DNA of 64,000 nt from a virus. Below are positions 29,608 through 39,687 of this stretch, in pieces. Where the stretch lies: positions 64,001 through 128,000 of the IMG/VR virus record IMGVR_UViG_3300049436_000052; one strand, given 5' to 3'. The stretch's first letter is position 1. Every line of letters begins with the position of its first letter. Under the pieces are notes generated by a model. That model was given only the letters and a program-made list of their open reading frames with translations. It made no database searches and was not told where the DNA came from. A program made the translations under genes and the position numbers.

Positions 29608-29973
29608 ATGAACGAAATATTAAAATGTGATTTTTGTGAAACAAACGATTCTATTGGAGTGTACGCTACAGATCATGGTCCCTTTTCATTATCATATTGT
29701 GAAGAATGTTTTAAGCACTATAATCTTAGAACAATAGGTAATGCGTTATCTAAATGGGGTAGATTTGGAGATGATGCTTTTGAAGAATATAAAGAAATAA
29801 ATGGATGTGAACCACAAGTTTATTTTAATAATAATTATATTTCACTAAGAAATTTAGTTGAAATTATAGATATTAGTGATGTTGATAAAATTTTTAGTGA
29901 TATTGATTTTTTAAGAAATTTAATAATAGATAGATTGAATGAAAAACACAATAAACGAAATATTAAATTTTGA
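29608..29973 (+). CDS. Hypothetical zinc-binding protein
   Basis: CDFC...GPFSLSYCEEC. Confidence 0.6.
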   Translation: MNEILKCDFCETNDSIGVYATDHGPFSLSYCEECFKHYNLRTIGNALSKWGRFGDDAFEEYKEINGCEPQVYFNNNYISLRNLVEIIDISDVDKIFSDIDFLRNLIIDRLNEKHNKRNIKF

Positions 29974-30145
29974 TGAAAAACTTTACAATTTTTTAGTTAA
30001 AAACCTAGATTTTGAATTAAGTAAGATTTATTTAAAACAAAATTTTAGTTTAATTGGTGCATTATCATTTAAAAAAACAAATGATAATATTGAATATGAT
30101 TTATTAGATGATTTATTTGTAATAACTTATTTGTATGAACTTTAA
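29939..30145 (+). CDS. Hypothetical protein
   Basis: 68 aa, coupled to neighbours. Confidence 0.4.
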   Translation: MKNTINEILNFDEKLYNFLVKNLDFELSKIYLKQNFSLIGALSFKKTNDNIEYDLLDDLFVITYLYEL

Positions 30146-30317
30146 ATATACTTTAACTAATAAATTAATTGCTTTTGGTTTAAATGAATTTAATGAATTG
30201 GAAGAAATACATACAAAATTATGGGATTGGTTAATAATAGAAGATAATTTTATTACAACCTACAACGGAATATCTAGAATTAATTTAATAGATGTTATAT
30301 ATAAAATTTTGGATTAA
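30135..30317 (+). CDS. Hypothetical protein
   Basis: 60 aa, coupled to neighbours. Confidence 0.4.
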   Translation: MNFKYTLTNKLIAFGLNEFNELEEIHTKLWDWLIIEDNFITTYNGISRINLIDVIYKILD

Positions 30318-30467
30318 ATGGAAAACGAAAAATTTTTAGACACGATTAATCAAAAAGATAGGGAATATTTTATTTCCTTTTACAATAGTTTTGGAAATAA
30401 TTTTTGGAATTTATTTTCAAATTATAAATTAGATTTGTTGAATTTGCAAGATCAGTTTAATATATGA
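30318..30467 (+). CDS. Small hypothetical protein (49 aa)
   Basis: ATG immediately after upstream TAA; MENEKFLDTINQKDREY... Confidence 0.35.
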   Translation: MENEKFLDTINQKDREYFISFYNSFGNNFWNLFSNYKLDLLNLQDQFNI

Positions 30468-30502
30468 TGAAAGAAGTTACATTAGAAAAAAAAAACAAAT
30501 AA

Positions 30503-32146
30503 ATGAAAAATAAAATAATAGTAATATTTTCTTCACATTTAGGTAATGAAGAAAATAATAAATTTATTAAACATATTCATGACACCATTGGTATTAAACA
30601 TGAAATTTATTGTTATGAGAATTACAACCAATATTCATTATCTGAAATTTATAATAAAGCGATAGATGAACACTATACTAAAGATTCGATAATAGTATTG
30701 ATTCACAATGATTTAATAATTAAAACAAATCAATGGGGTAAGATTCTATTAAAACATTTTAATAACAGTGATTATGGTATAATTGGTTTAGCTGGCACTA
30801 CCTATCTTGATAAAGATAGTGGGGTTTGGTGGTCAGACAAATCAAAAATGGTGGGGCAGGTAAGTCATACGAATGGCATTAGTGAATGGGTTTCTGAATA
30901 TTCTAATCCTATAAAGGGTATTCAACCAGTAGTAAATGTTGATGGGGTTTTTATTGCTGTTGATTGTGATAAAATTGTTCATAAATTCGATGAGAACTAT
31001 GGTAAATTTCATTTTTACGATTTGTCGTTTTCTGTAAAAAATTTTTTACAAAATGTAAATGTTGGAGTAATTAGTGACATACATATTTTACATAAATCTG
31101 TTGGTCGTACAAATGAGGAATGGGAATTAAACAGACAAAAGTTTGCTGAAGAATATAAGGATGAGTTACCAATAAGATATGTTCCAGAAAATGGAAAATT
31201 AAGAATATTAATTTGTTGTCAATTTTTTTGTAATTATACTGGTTCAGAAATGAGTGTTTTTGAAACGGCAAAAGAATTGGTTAAAATGGGAAATGAAGTA
31301 ACAATTATTTCAGTAGTTGTTGGAGAACCATTACTATCTAAAGCAAAAAAATGTGGGATAGATGTTTATTCTATAAATAATCCACCAAATTTTATTTTAA
31401 ACGAAAATAAAGAATTTCAATTCATAAAAAACGAAAAAGAATTTGACATAATACATATCAATCATAAGCCCATCGGAGATCTTGTGCTTCAATTATATAT
31501 TAACACCCCTGCTGTTATGCATGTACGAAGTGAAGTTATCCCAGTTTATGAAGAACCGATAATTCATCTAAATATTTTAAGATATATATCAATTAGAGAA
31601 TCAATTACAGAGTATATAAAATCTTTTGGAATCGAAGAAGAAAAAATTGTTTTAATAGATAATCCATTTGATGTTAATCGTTTCAATACCAATAATAATA
31701 TTTCTTTATATAAGCAAGGAAAAAATCCTAAAGAAATTGTTTTATTTATTGGAACATTAGATCATTTGAGAAAAAATATTTTACATGATTTGAATAGCAT
31801 GACATTTGAAAATAATCAGGAATTATGGATAATAGGTGCAGATAATAATGATTATGTTAAAGAATTTACATCAAAATCGCATATAAAATATTTAGGTATT
31901 AAATCCAATGTTGAAGAATTTATTAAAAAATGTGATTATACGGCAGGTATATTTAAAGGTAGAACAACTATTGAAGGTTTTCTTTGTGGCAAATCTGGAT
32001 GGATATATACTGTTGATAAACAAGGGAATATATTAAATAAAGAACTTCAAAAAGTTCCGACAGATTTAGAAAAATATTATAGTAGTTTTTCAACAAAGAA
32101 ACTATTTAACTTATATAATGAAATTATTGATGAAAAATGGCTATAA
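30503..32146 (+). CDS. Two-domain glycosyltransferase (GT2-like + GT4-like)
   Basis: SLSEIYN, IHNDL, VDGVFIAV, FHFYDL; then YTGSEMSVFETAKEL, GRTTIEGFLCGK. Confidence 0.85.
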   Translation: MKNKIIVIFSSHLGNEENNKFIKHIHDTIGIKHEIYCYENYNQYSLSEIYNKAIDEHYTKDSIIVLIHNDLIIKTNQWGKILLKHFNNSDYGIIGLAGTTYLDKDSGVWWSDKSKMVGQVSHTNGISEWVSEYSNPIKGIQPVVNVDGVFIAVDCDKIVHKFDENYGKFHFYDLSFSVKNFLQNVNVGVISDIHILHKSVGRTNEEWELNRQKFAEEYKDELPIRYVPENGKLRILICCQFFCNYTGSEMSVFETAKELVKMGNEVTIISVVVGEPLLSKAKKCGIDVYSINNPPNFILNENKEFQFIKNEKEFDIIHINHKPIGDLVLQLYINTPAVMHVRSEVIPVYEEPIIHLNILRYISIRESITEYIKSFGIEEEKIVLIDNPFDVNRFNTNNNISLYKQGKNPKEIVLFIGTLDHLRKNILHDLNSMTFENNQELWIIGADNNDYVKEFTSKSHIKYLGIKSNVEEFIKKCDYTAGIFKGRTTIEGFLCGKSGWIYTVDKQGNILNKELQKVPTDLEKYYSSFSTKKLFNLYNEIIDEKWL

Positions 32147-33825
32147 AACGACAACGAACTGACATAAAGAAAGTTATAAAAAAAAGAATAGAAGATCGTC
32201 ATAATAAATATATCTATATTGATAAAAGAAAAATGGATGAAAGAACAAAACTGAGAATCTATGGCAAAGATAGAATAGCTGAATTTGATAAAGAACGAAT
32301 AGTTAGTAATATTAAGCCAGAACTTACAACACAATCAGAAACAACACGTAAAGAAAAAAGAACTGGAATAAAAATTATTACCAAAGAATTAACTTTAAAC
32401 TATAATAGATATGTTGTTAAATCTATTGGTGTTATAATTGTTAACTATAATCAATTAAAATTAACTAAAGATTGTATCAATAGTTTAAAAAAACAAATAA
32501 ATCTTAATTTTAAAATATATTTATTTGATCAAAATTCTAGTGAACAAGGAACTTTTGAATATTTGGAAGAATGTGAAAAGAATAATATATTTGTTTATAG
32601 AAATAGTACAAACATACCGCTAAACTATATTTGGAATGATTTTAAAAAAATATGTGATTTAGAATATTTGTGTTTTTTAAATAATGATACCGTTCTTTCA
32701 AATATGTTTATTGATGATAATATTAAAATTTTTGAAAAAGAACCTGCTGTTGGTGCAATAATACATGCAACAAACAACTCAAATTATTTAAAATCAAAAG
32801 ATGTTTTAGAATACATTGTTTTTAAAAATTCTTTATATCAAGGATGGGATTATTGTGTAAGAAGAGAAATAATGCCAGATATTCCAAGTGAATTAAAAAT
32901 TTTTGGTGGGGATGACTATATTTTTGCTAAAATTAATTCTTTAGGACATAAAGTTGCAATTGCATTTAGTTCTCCAATAATTCATTATAAAGAAAAAACA
33001 AGAGAAACAGTTTCAAATATTGCTGAAATACAAAGAGAAGATGGTAAGAATTTTAGAGATATTCTTAATAGAGAAAAGCTATCACAAATAGATATAACAA
33101 TTAGTTATGGATATTGCAACAAATTCCCATTACCTAATATGAAATTAACTCAAAACAAAAATTGTGTTTTTACTGCAATTATTGGTGATTATGATTCCAT
33201 AAATCCAACACATTTTCAAAAATTAAATGATTGGGATTATATTTGTTTTACAGATAATGTAAATATGAAATCAGATTTTTGGCGTGTTATTTATGTCGAA
33301 AATTGTGGAACTACTTTATTGGATAATGTTAAATTAGCAAGATATTTTAAAACTAATTTTCATAAACATTTATCATCCTATGAGAACTTATTGTGGATTG
33401 ATGCAAGGATTACACTTATTGGAAATATAAATGAATATGTAAAAAAACTTCAAAAAAATGATATTGTTTTTCTAAAACATCCAGATGCTCCATCAATTAA
33501 ACAAGAATTTGATAGAGTATTGTCAGGGAATATTGAAACCAAAGAAATGGTGATGAAAATTAAAAAAAGATATGAAGAATTTGGTTATAAATATAATAAT
33601 GGTTTAATTTCATCAGGAGTTTTATTATTTAAAAATAATGAATTAACAATTAAATTTTTCAAAGATTGGTGGCATGAAATTGAAAATTATTCACACAGAG
33701 ATCAATTGTCCGCTAATTTTGCTTTATGGAGAAACAATAAAATTAGATACGAAATTATAGGTGGATTAATTAACGTGTATTTTAAACAATTACCAAGAAA
33801 CACAAAACCATTTAGATATGAATGA
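32137..33825 (+). CDS. GT2 + DUF616 (TOD1/MUCI70-like) glycosyltransferase fusion
   Basis: VIIVNYN, FLNNDT; VFTAIIGDYD, YICFTD, WIDA, RDQLSANFALW. Confidence 0.85.
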   Translation: MAIKRQRTDIKKVIKKRIEDRHNKYIYIDKRKMDERTKLRIYGKDRIAEFDKERIVSNIKPELTTQSETTRKEKRTGIKIITKELTLNYNRYVVKSIGVIIVNYNQLKLTKDCINSLKKQINLNFKIYLFDQNSSEQGTFEYLEECEKNNIFVYRNSTNIPLNYIWNDFKKICDLEYLCFLNNDTVLSNMFIDDNIKIFEKEPAVGAIIHATNNSNYLKSKDVLEYIVFKNSLYQGWDYCVRREIMPDIPSELKIFGGDDYIFAKINSLGHKVAIAFSSPIIHYKEKTRETVSNIAEIQREDGKNFRDILNREKLSQIDITISYGYCNKFPLPNMKLTQNKNCVFTAIIGDYDSINPTHFQKLNDWDYICFTDNVNMKSDFWRVIYVENCGTTLLDNVKLARYFKTNFHKHLSSYENLLWIDARITLIGNINEYVKKLQKNDIVFLKHPDAPSIKQEFDRVLSGNIETKEMVMKIKKRYEEFGYKYNNGLISSGVLLFKNNELTIKFFKDWWHEIENYSHRDQLSANFALWRNNKIRYEIIGGLINVYFKQLPRNTKPFRYE

Positions 33826-33897
33826 TAGTTTTATTAATTTTGTGGATATAAATTTTAAATTTGAATATTTATATATAGATTAAAAATATTTAAAATT

Positions 33898-34392
33898 ATG
33901 AAATTAAAAGAAATTATAAAAATGACAATATCTGAATATTTAAATGAAAATATTAATCGTGATAAATCAAGAAAAGCATTATTTAAAGATGAATATGGTA
34001 AGAATATTGTTTATGATGATGGTAATTATAGAATTGCAGTTGATGATGAAAATGATGCTCGCTATATAACTTTATGGCATAAAGAAATTGTTAAGGGTAA
34101 AGAATATTGGGCTAAACGTGGATATTTAGATGCTTGGGTTAGTAATATGAATTTTAAAAATAGGAATGGAAAATATTTATCTATTCGTTCAATTGAAATA
34201 GAACTAAAACATAGGAATATGGGTTATGGTAGTAAAATGTATAAGGCGTTGTTTGATTTTTCAGCAAACGATATAAATGGAGTTTATTCATTTTTACCAA
34301 ATAGAGTTAATAAAAAACAAGTTCCAAAAATTTATAATAAATTGGGTGCTGTTATTGAAGACGATTATCAATTTATTGAATTTAATAATTAG
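33898..34392 (+). CDS. GNAT-like acetyltransferase with TISEYLNE leader
   Basis: IRSIEIELKHRNMGYGSKMYKAL (GNAT motif A), IYNKLG; TATTTAT at 33866. Confidence 0.65.
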   Translation: MKLKEIIKMTISEYLNENINRDKSRKALFKDEYGKNIVYDDGNYRIAVDDENDARYITLWHKEIVKGKEYWAKRGYLDAWVSNMNFKNRNGKYLSIRSIEIELKHRNMGYGSKMYKALFDFSANDINGVYSFLPNRVNKKQVPKIYNKLGAVIEDDYQFIEFNN

Positions 34393-34419
34393 TGGGTAGA
34401 AAATAAAATAATAAACAAA

Positions 34420-35154
34420 ATGAATAACTTATTTTTTAAAAAAGAATTTGATTATTTTCACAATAAAATTAAAAATAATGAACATTTTAAATATTCACGA
34501 TTTAACGATGGTGAATTAATTGCTATTAGTGGTAATAATCCAAATGGTTCTAATTGTGATGGTCATAAATATTTTCCAGACATGTCAATAGAATTAAAAA
34601 ATATTTTATTGAACTATAAATATTCGGAAAATTATTTATTAGAATCGTTTGATCATTGGTATAATACATCACTAATCACTAAAAATGTTTTAGATAATTT
34701 GAAACAATTAAATCCCGAATTAACGTTTTTACATACAGATTGGATTAGAATATCACATGAACAAGAATCTAGTAAATTTTTTAATTTATTAGATCTGTTA
34801 AAAACAAAGAATTTAGTAATAATTGGAGCAGACTACTTATTAAATTTAAAAAAGTTTTTTAATTTTACGTTTATTGAAATACCATTAAAAAATTGCTATC
34901 TTCAAAAAAATCAAGTGATTGATCAGATTAAAAGGAATAATGAAACATTAAATAATAATTATTATCTATTTTCAGCTTCAATGCCAACAAAAATAATGAT
35001 AGATACATTTAAAGAAGATAATGAGAATACGTATCTTGATTGGGGAAGTGTCTGGGATAGCTTTTTTGTTTCTCCACAATTTAGTTTTATTCGAAAAAGA
35101 TCAACATCAAACAAAGATATTTATAAGCAAATATATAAAAATTATTTAATTTAA
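34420..35154 (+). CDS. GT-D fold (DUF1792-like) glycosyltransferase
   Basis: YSRFNDGEL, LVIIG, IEIPLKNCY, LDWGSVWD. Confidence 0.65.
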   Translation: MNNLFFKKEFDYFHNKIKNNEHFKYSRFNDGELIAISGNNPNGSNCDGHKYFPDMSIELKNILLNYKYSENYLLESFDHWYNTSLITKNVLDNLKQLNPELTFLHTDWIRISHEQESSKFFNLLDLLKTKNLVIIGADYLLNLKKFFNFTFIEIPLKNCYLQKNQVIDQIKRNNETLNNNYYLFSASMPTKIMIDTFKEDNENTYLDWGSVWDSFFVSPQFSFIRKRSTSNKDIYKQIYKNYLI

Positions 35155-35157
35155 TTT

Positions 35158-35949
35158 ATGTCAAACTACAAAAAATATATTGAATATAGCATGGATACTA
35201 ATCCAGATTGGAAATTATTAGAGGATATGTTTTCTAATAATTATGAAAACAATGCACATGCAGATAAAGTAGATATTATACCAAAAAAGATTCATCAGTT
35301 TTGGATTGGTGGAACAAAACTTCCAGATAAATATAAAAGACTTTCTGAAAGTTGGATTAAATGTAATCCAGATTGGGAATATAGATTATGGGTTGATGAT
35401 GATGTTGAAGGTCTAAATATGATTAATAAAACATTGTATGATAAAGCGCATAATGTTGGGATTAAATCAGATATACTAAGATACGAAATTTTATATAAAT
35501 TTGGTGGAATTTCAGCAGATACGGATTTCGAATGTTTAAAGTCATTTAATGATTTAAGATATTTGGATTTATTTGCAGGAAATGGATACTCAACATTTCC
35601 TCATGTTTATTGTGGACTAATTGGAATAAAACCACAACATGAATTAATGTTAAGGATATTGCAAGGTTTGAAAGCTAAAGAAAATATGAATGTTAATGTT
35701 GATTTTGGGGAAATCTTGAAATTGTCAGGGCCTGATTATTTTAGTGATCTATTTTTTAAATATTTACATGAAAACGAGGAGAATAGAAAGAATTGTGTTA
35801 TATTTCCTCAAAAATATTTTTATGCTTTGTCTCCAGGTTTAAGGCATGAATTAAACGGATTAACTAACGATAACATAAATAAAGCACATACATTTATTTG
35901 TGATGTTTCATATGCGTTGCATTATTGGTGTACAAGTTGGCAAAAATAA
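35158..35949 (+). CDS. GT32 (Och1-like DXD) glycosyltransferase
   Basis: IPKKIHQFWIG, SW...NPDWEYRLW, KSDILRYEILYKFGGISADTD. Confidence 0.9.
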   Translation: MSNYKKYIEYSMDTNPDWKLLEDMFSNNYENNAHADKVDIIPKKIHQFWIGGTKLPDKYKRLSESWIKCNPDWEYRLWVDDDVEGLNMINKTLYDKAHNVGIKSDILRYEILYKFGGISADTDFECLKSFNDLRYLDLFAGNGYSTFPHVYCGLIGIKPQHELMLRILQGLKAKENMNVNVDFGEILKLSGPDYFSDLFFKYLHENEENRKNCVIFPQKYFYALSPGLRHELNGLTNDNINKAHTFICDVSYALHYWCTSWQK

Positions 35950-35954
35950 AAAAC

Positions 35955-36794
35955 ATGATCAATTACATTCAAGGAGAGAAATTTTATCAAGTTGCAGATT
36001 TTTTATATTCACCAAATATAAAACCAGAGTTTGATGATTATAATATAATTCAAAATACTTATAATAAAAATAAATTAAGTGGTAATTTAGATATAATTTA
36101 TACTCATACATTATATGTTAAGCATTTGTTTAATGAAATTAAAGATCTAAAACAAAAATTTATAATTGTTACACATAATAGTGATATTAACATAGACAGC
36201 AGTTTTATTATTCCAGATAATGTTATTAAATGGTATGCTCAGAATGTTGATGTAATTAATGATAAGATTGAATCAATTCCAATTGGACATCCAAATAATA
36301 GATGGTTTCCACATATGAGAAAATTAGAAAAATTAAGAAATAAATTAAATGAAATAAAAAAACATAAAAATCTATTATATTTAAATCATACAATAAAAAC
36401 AAATCCTAAAGAAAGAAAAGAACCATATGATCTACTTCAAAATAAATCATGGGTTAGTTTAATATATGGAACAAATGGTGTAGATTATGATAGATATATT
36501 GATGATATATATAATCATAAATTTGTTTTATGTCCAGCAGGAAATGGAATTGATACACATAGATTATGGGAAGTTTTAGATTTAAAATCAATTCCTGTTG
36601 TAAAAAAACATATCAATAATTTATATTATAAAGATTTACCAATTTGTTTTGTTGATAGTTGGAATGATATAACTGAAGAATTTCTTGAAAAAGAATATGA
36701 TAGAATTAATAAAATTGAATGGGATTTAAGCAAATTGAATTTTGATTATTGGAAAAATAAGATAACAAATGTTAACACAAAAAGAATACGTTAA
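35955..36794 (+). CDS. Exostosin/GT47-like glycosyltransferase
   Basis: THNSD, SIPIG, HKFVLCPAGNGIDTHRLWEVL...IPVV; ATG 35955 preferred over TTG 35925. Confidence 0.75.
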   Translation: MINYIQGEKFYQVADFLYSPNIKPEFDDYNIIQNTYNKNKLSGNLDIIYTHTLYVKHLFNEIKDLKQKFIIVTHNSDINIDSSFIIPDNVIKWYAQNVDVINDKIESIPIGHPNNRWFPHMRKLEKLRNKLNEIKKHKNLLYLNHTIKTNPKERKEPYDLLQNKSWVSLIYGTNGVDYDRYIDDIYNHKFVLCPAGNGIDTHRLWEVLDLKSIPVVKKHINNLYYKDLPICFVDSWNDITEEFLEKEYDRINKIEWDLSKLNFDYWKNKITNVNTKRIR

Positions 36795-36957
36795 AGCATT
36801 ACAGATAGTTCAACAATATGAAAAACAATTGAACATATCTGACATTAATTGGCAATATGAACAAATAGTTTGTCCCAATTGTGGTTCTTATGCCATAGAT
36901 TCAATAAATAATAAGCAACATGATTGTTTTGATTGTGGTGAAAGTTGGATAATATAA
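36769..36957 (+). CDS. Small zinc-ribbon protein
   Basis: CPNCGS...CFDCGESW. Confidence 0.55.
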   Translation: MLTQKEYVKALQIVQQYEKQLNISDINWQYEQIVCPNCGSYAIDSINNKQHDCFDCGESWII

Positions 36958-37006
36958 AGATTTTATTTAAATTTTTAGTAATTATTGCTTTAAAATAAAT
37001 TATTAA

Positions 37007-37216
37007 ATGAGAAATGCTGAAGAAATTTATGAAGAAACTAGATCAGAATGTATTAAAGATAATTGTCAATCTTTGAATGTTGTGACTATACTTTCTATTG
37101 AAAAAGCACAAAAAGAAATGTTTTATTATTTATATCAATTAGCAGAAGAAAATGAAAAACTATCTTTGGTTGAATTTTTTGATAAGGTAGAAAAAGAAAT
37201 ATCATTTAAATTATAA
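37007..37216 (+). CDS. Hypothetical protein
   Basis: 69 aa. Confidence 0.5.
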   Translation: MRNAEEIYEETRSECIKDNCQSLNVVTILSIEKAQKEMFYYLYQLAEENEKLSLVEFFDKVEKEISFKL

Positions 37217-37220
37217 TAAT

Positions 37221-37850
37221 ATGGCAAACGGAGTTTATAAAATAACTGAAGAATTTGAAAATAAGGTTGCCGAATATACTGGAGCAAAATATGTTGTTGC
37301 GGTAGATAATCAGAGTAATGCTTTATTTTTGGCTTTATATTATGAAGATATAAAAGGAAAAGAAATCGAAATACCTGCAAGAACATATCCTTCTGTTCCT
37401 TGTGAAATAATTCATGCTGGTGGAAAAGTTAAATTTGTTCCAGTTGAAGGAGAAACGTTAACAGGTGCTTATCAATTAAAACCAACAAAAGTATATGATA
37501 GTGCATTAAGATTTACATCAGATATGTACATTCCAAATACTCATATGTGTGTTTCATTTACAGGCCCTTACAAACACTTGAAACTTTCAAAAGGTGGTGC
37601 AATATTAACAGATGATTATAAAGCCTATCTTTGGTTTAAAAGAGCAAGATTTAGTGGTAGACGTGAAACTTCATACCATGACGATAATTTCGATATGATT
37701 GGATGGAACTACTATATGATGCCTGAAATAGCAACTAGAGGATTATTAATGATGACACAATTCTATAATTTAGATGGAACAAAAAAACATAATGAGGATT
37801 TAACTTTGCCGTATCCTGATTTGTCAAAATTTGATATTTATAAACAATAA
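37221..37850 (+). CDS. Short DegT/DnrJ-family sugar aminotransferase
   Basis: FENKVAEYTGAKYVVAVDN.SNALFLAL, PARTY, DSA, SF...K....GGAILTDD, GWNYYM. Confidence 0.85.
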   Translation: MANGVYKITEEFENKVAEYTGAKYVVAVDNQSNALFLALYYEDIKGKEIEIPARTYPSVPCEIIHAGGKVKFVPVEGETLTGAYQLKPTKVYDSALRFTSDMYIPNTHMCVSFTGPYKHLKLSKGGAILTDDYKAYLWFKRARFSGRRETSYHDDNFDMIGWNYYMMPEIATRGLLMMTQFYNLDGTKKHNEDLTLPYPDLSKFDIYKQ

Positions 37851-37855
37851 TAAAA

Positions 37856-38413
37856 ATGTTTTACAACGAAAGTCAATTATATAGAATGGGTTTTAAATCA
37901 TTAGGTAATAATGTTTTAATATCTGATAAATCATCAATTTATGGAGCAGAAAATATTTCAATTGGAAATAATGTTCGTATTGATGATTTTGCAATTTTAT
38001 CAATAACAGGGGAACTAATTATTGGTGATTATATACATATTGGTTGTTATAGTTCAATAATTGGTAAAGGAAATATTAATATTGATGATTTTGTTGGAAT
38101 TTCTGGTAGAGTTTCTATATATTCAAGTAATGACGATTATACAGGAATAGGAATGCATAATCCAATGATACCTGAAAAATATAGAAGAGTTACTAATGGC
38201 AATATTCATATCATGAAACATTCAATTATTGGATGTGGATGTGTAATATTACCTAATGTTGTTATTGGTGAAGGATGTTCAATAGATTCGTTAAGTTTAG
38301 TTAAAAACGATTGTGAAGAATTTTCATTTTATTCTGGAAATCCTGCAAAAAAAATAAAAAGCAAGTTTAAAAAATTTTTAAAATATGAAGAATTTGTTAG
38401 AAATAATCAATAA
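37856..38413 (+). CDS. Hexapeptide-repeat acyltransferase (VioB-like)
   Basis: GFKSLGNNVLISDKSSIYG..NISIGNNVRIDDF, DDYTG, GNPAKKIK. Confidence 0.85.
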   Translation: MFYNESQLYRMGFKSLGNNVLISDKSSIYGAENISIGNNVRIDDFAILSITGELIIGDYIHIGCYSSIIGKGNINIDDFVGISGRVSIYSSNDDYTGIGMHNPMIPEKYRRVTNGNIHIMKHSIIGCGCVILPNVVIGEGCSIDSLSLVKNDCEEFSFYSGNPAKKIKSKFKKFLKYEEFVRNNQ

Positions 38414-38606
38414 TATTTTAATTGAAAACAATATTCAACCAATAAATGAAATTAACGATGAAACCGATTTAAGAGATGATATTGGTTTTGATAGTTTTAT
38501 GTTGGCTAAATTAACGGTAGATATTGAAGACGAATACGGTGTTGATGTTTTTGAAAATGGTATAATTAGAAAAATTAGAGAAATAAAAAAATATTTGAAT
38601 GAGTGA
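38385..38606 (+). CDS. Acyl carrier protein
   Basis: 73 aa acidic; LRDDIGFDSFMLAKL..IEDEYGV. Confidence 0.9.
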   Translation: MKNLLEIINNILIENNIQPINEINDETDLRDDIGFDSFMLAKLTVDIEDEYGVDVFENGIIRKIREIKKYLNE

Positions 38607-39687
38607 TTTGTTTTTATGTGATAAAAATTATTTATCATATGATGATTTACTTAATTACATTAATGATGAAAATGATTTGGATTTAAGTGTTATTGAAGAA
38701 CATATTTTCAATACGTTAAAAAATATTGTTGATGAAAAATGTGATGATGTAGATGATCTTATTGATAAGATATTAAATTCAAAAAAAACAATTACCTTTA
38801 GCACATCTGGTACAACTGGAAAACTTAAAAAAATTAAACAAAAAGTAAAACATTTAATTCGAAATGTAAAAATCGATAATAACCATAGAAACGATATTTG
38901 GGGATTAACATATAATCCAGAAAAGATTGCCTCATATCATGTGTTGTTTCAAGCAATTTTAAACAAAAACAAAATTATTGTTTTGTGGGATAAGGAAAAA
39001 AAAGTAATTGAAGATAAATTAAAAGAAATTACACACATATCTGCAACTCCAACGTTTTATAGTTTATTGATAAATAATGAAATCGTTTATCCAAACATTA
39101 AACAAATAACTGTTGGTGGAGAAATATCAAATAATATTCTTTTTGAAAAAATAAAAAAAATATTTCCAAATTCTAAATTAACAAACGTATATGCCTCAAC
39201 AGAATGTGGTTCATTATTATCAACACATGGAGAATATTTTAAAATTCCTGAAAAATATATCAATTTAATTAAAATTGATAATTCAGAATTACTAATTCAT
39301 AAATCATTAACTGGTAATTTGAATAAAAAAAAATATGATAACGATTGGTATAGAACTGGTGATATTGTTGAATACATTAATGAAACAGAGTTTAAAATAG
39401 TTAATAGGAAATCTGATATTATTAATGTTGGTGGATTTAAAGTAAATCCAATAAAAATAGAAAATATTGTTAATAAATTTGATTATGTAATATTATCTAA
39501 AGTATATGGAAGAAAAAATTCAATATTGGGAAGTATAGTCTGTATGGATGTTGTGTTAAAATATGAAGTTTCAATAGAAAAAATAAAAAAAGATTTATTA
39601 ATGAAAATAAATAAATATGAATTACCTTTGAAAATTTATATTGTGAATAATATTGAAACGTTAAACAATAAAATAGTTAGAAATTGA
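38599..39687 (+). CDS. AMP-forming acyl-ACP ligase (ANL family, compact)
   Basis: FSTSGTTG.LK, YASTECG, WYRTGD, R.SDIINVGG.KVNP. Confidence 0.88.
   Translation: MSDLFLCDKNYLSYDDLLNYINDENDLDLSVIEEHIFNTLKNIVDEKCDDVDDLIDKILNSKKTITFSTSGTTGKLKKIKQKVKHLIRNVKIDNNHRNDIWGLTYNPEKIASYHVLFQAILNKNKIIVLWDKEKKVIEDKLKEITHISATPTFYSLLINNEIVYPNIKQITVGGEISNNILFEKIKKIFPNSKLTNVYASTECGSLLSTHGEYFKIPEKYINLIKIDNSELLIHKSLTGNLNKKKYDNDWYRTGDIVEYINETEFKIVNRKSDIINVGGFKVNPIKIENIVNKFDYVILSKVYGRKNSILGSIVCMDVVLKYEVSIEKIKKDLLMKINKYELPLKIYIVNNIETLNNKIVRN

Noticed and set aside
34390-34422. Read-through fusion of the GNAT gene (TAG stop) into the in-frame GT-D gene
   Set aside because: An in-frame neighbour occurs one time in three by chance. 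The spacer is an ordinary A-rich leader and the domains are unrelated.
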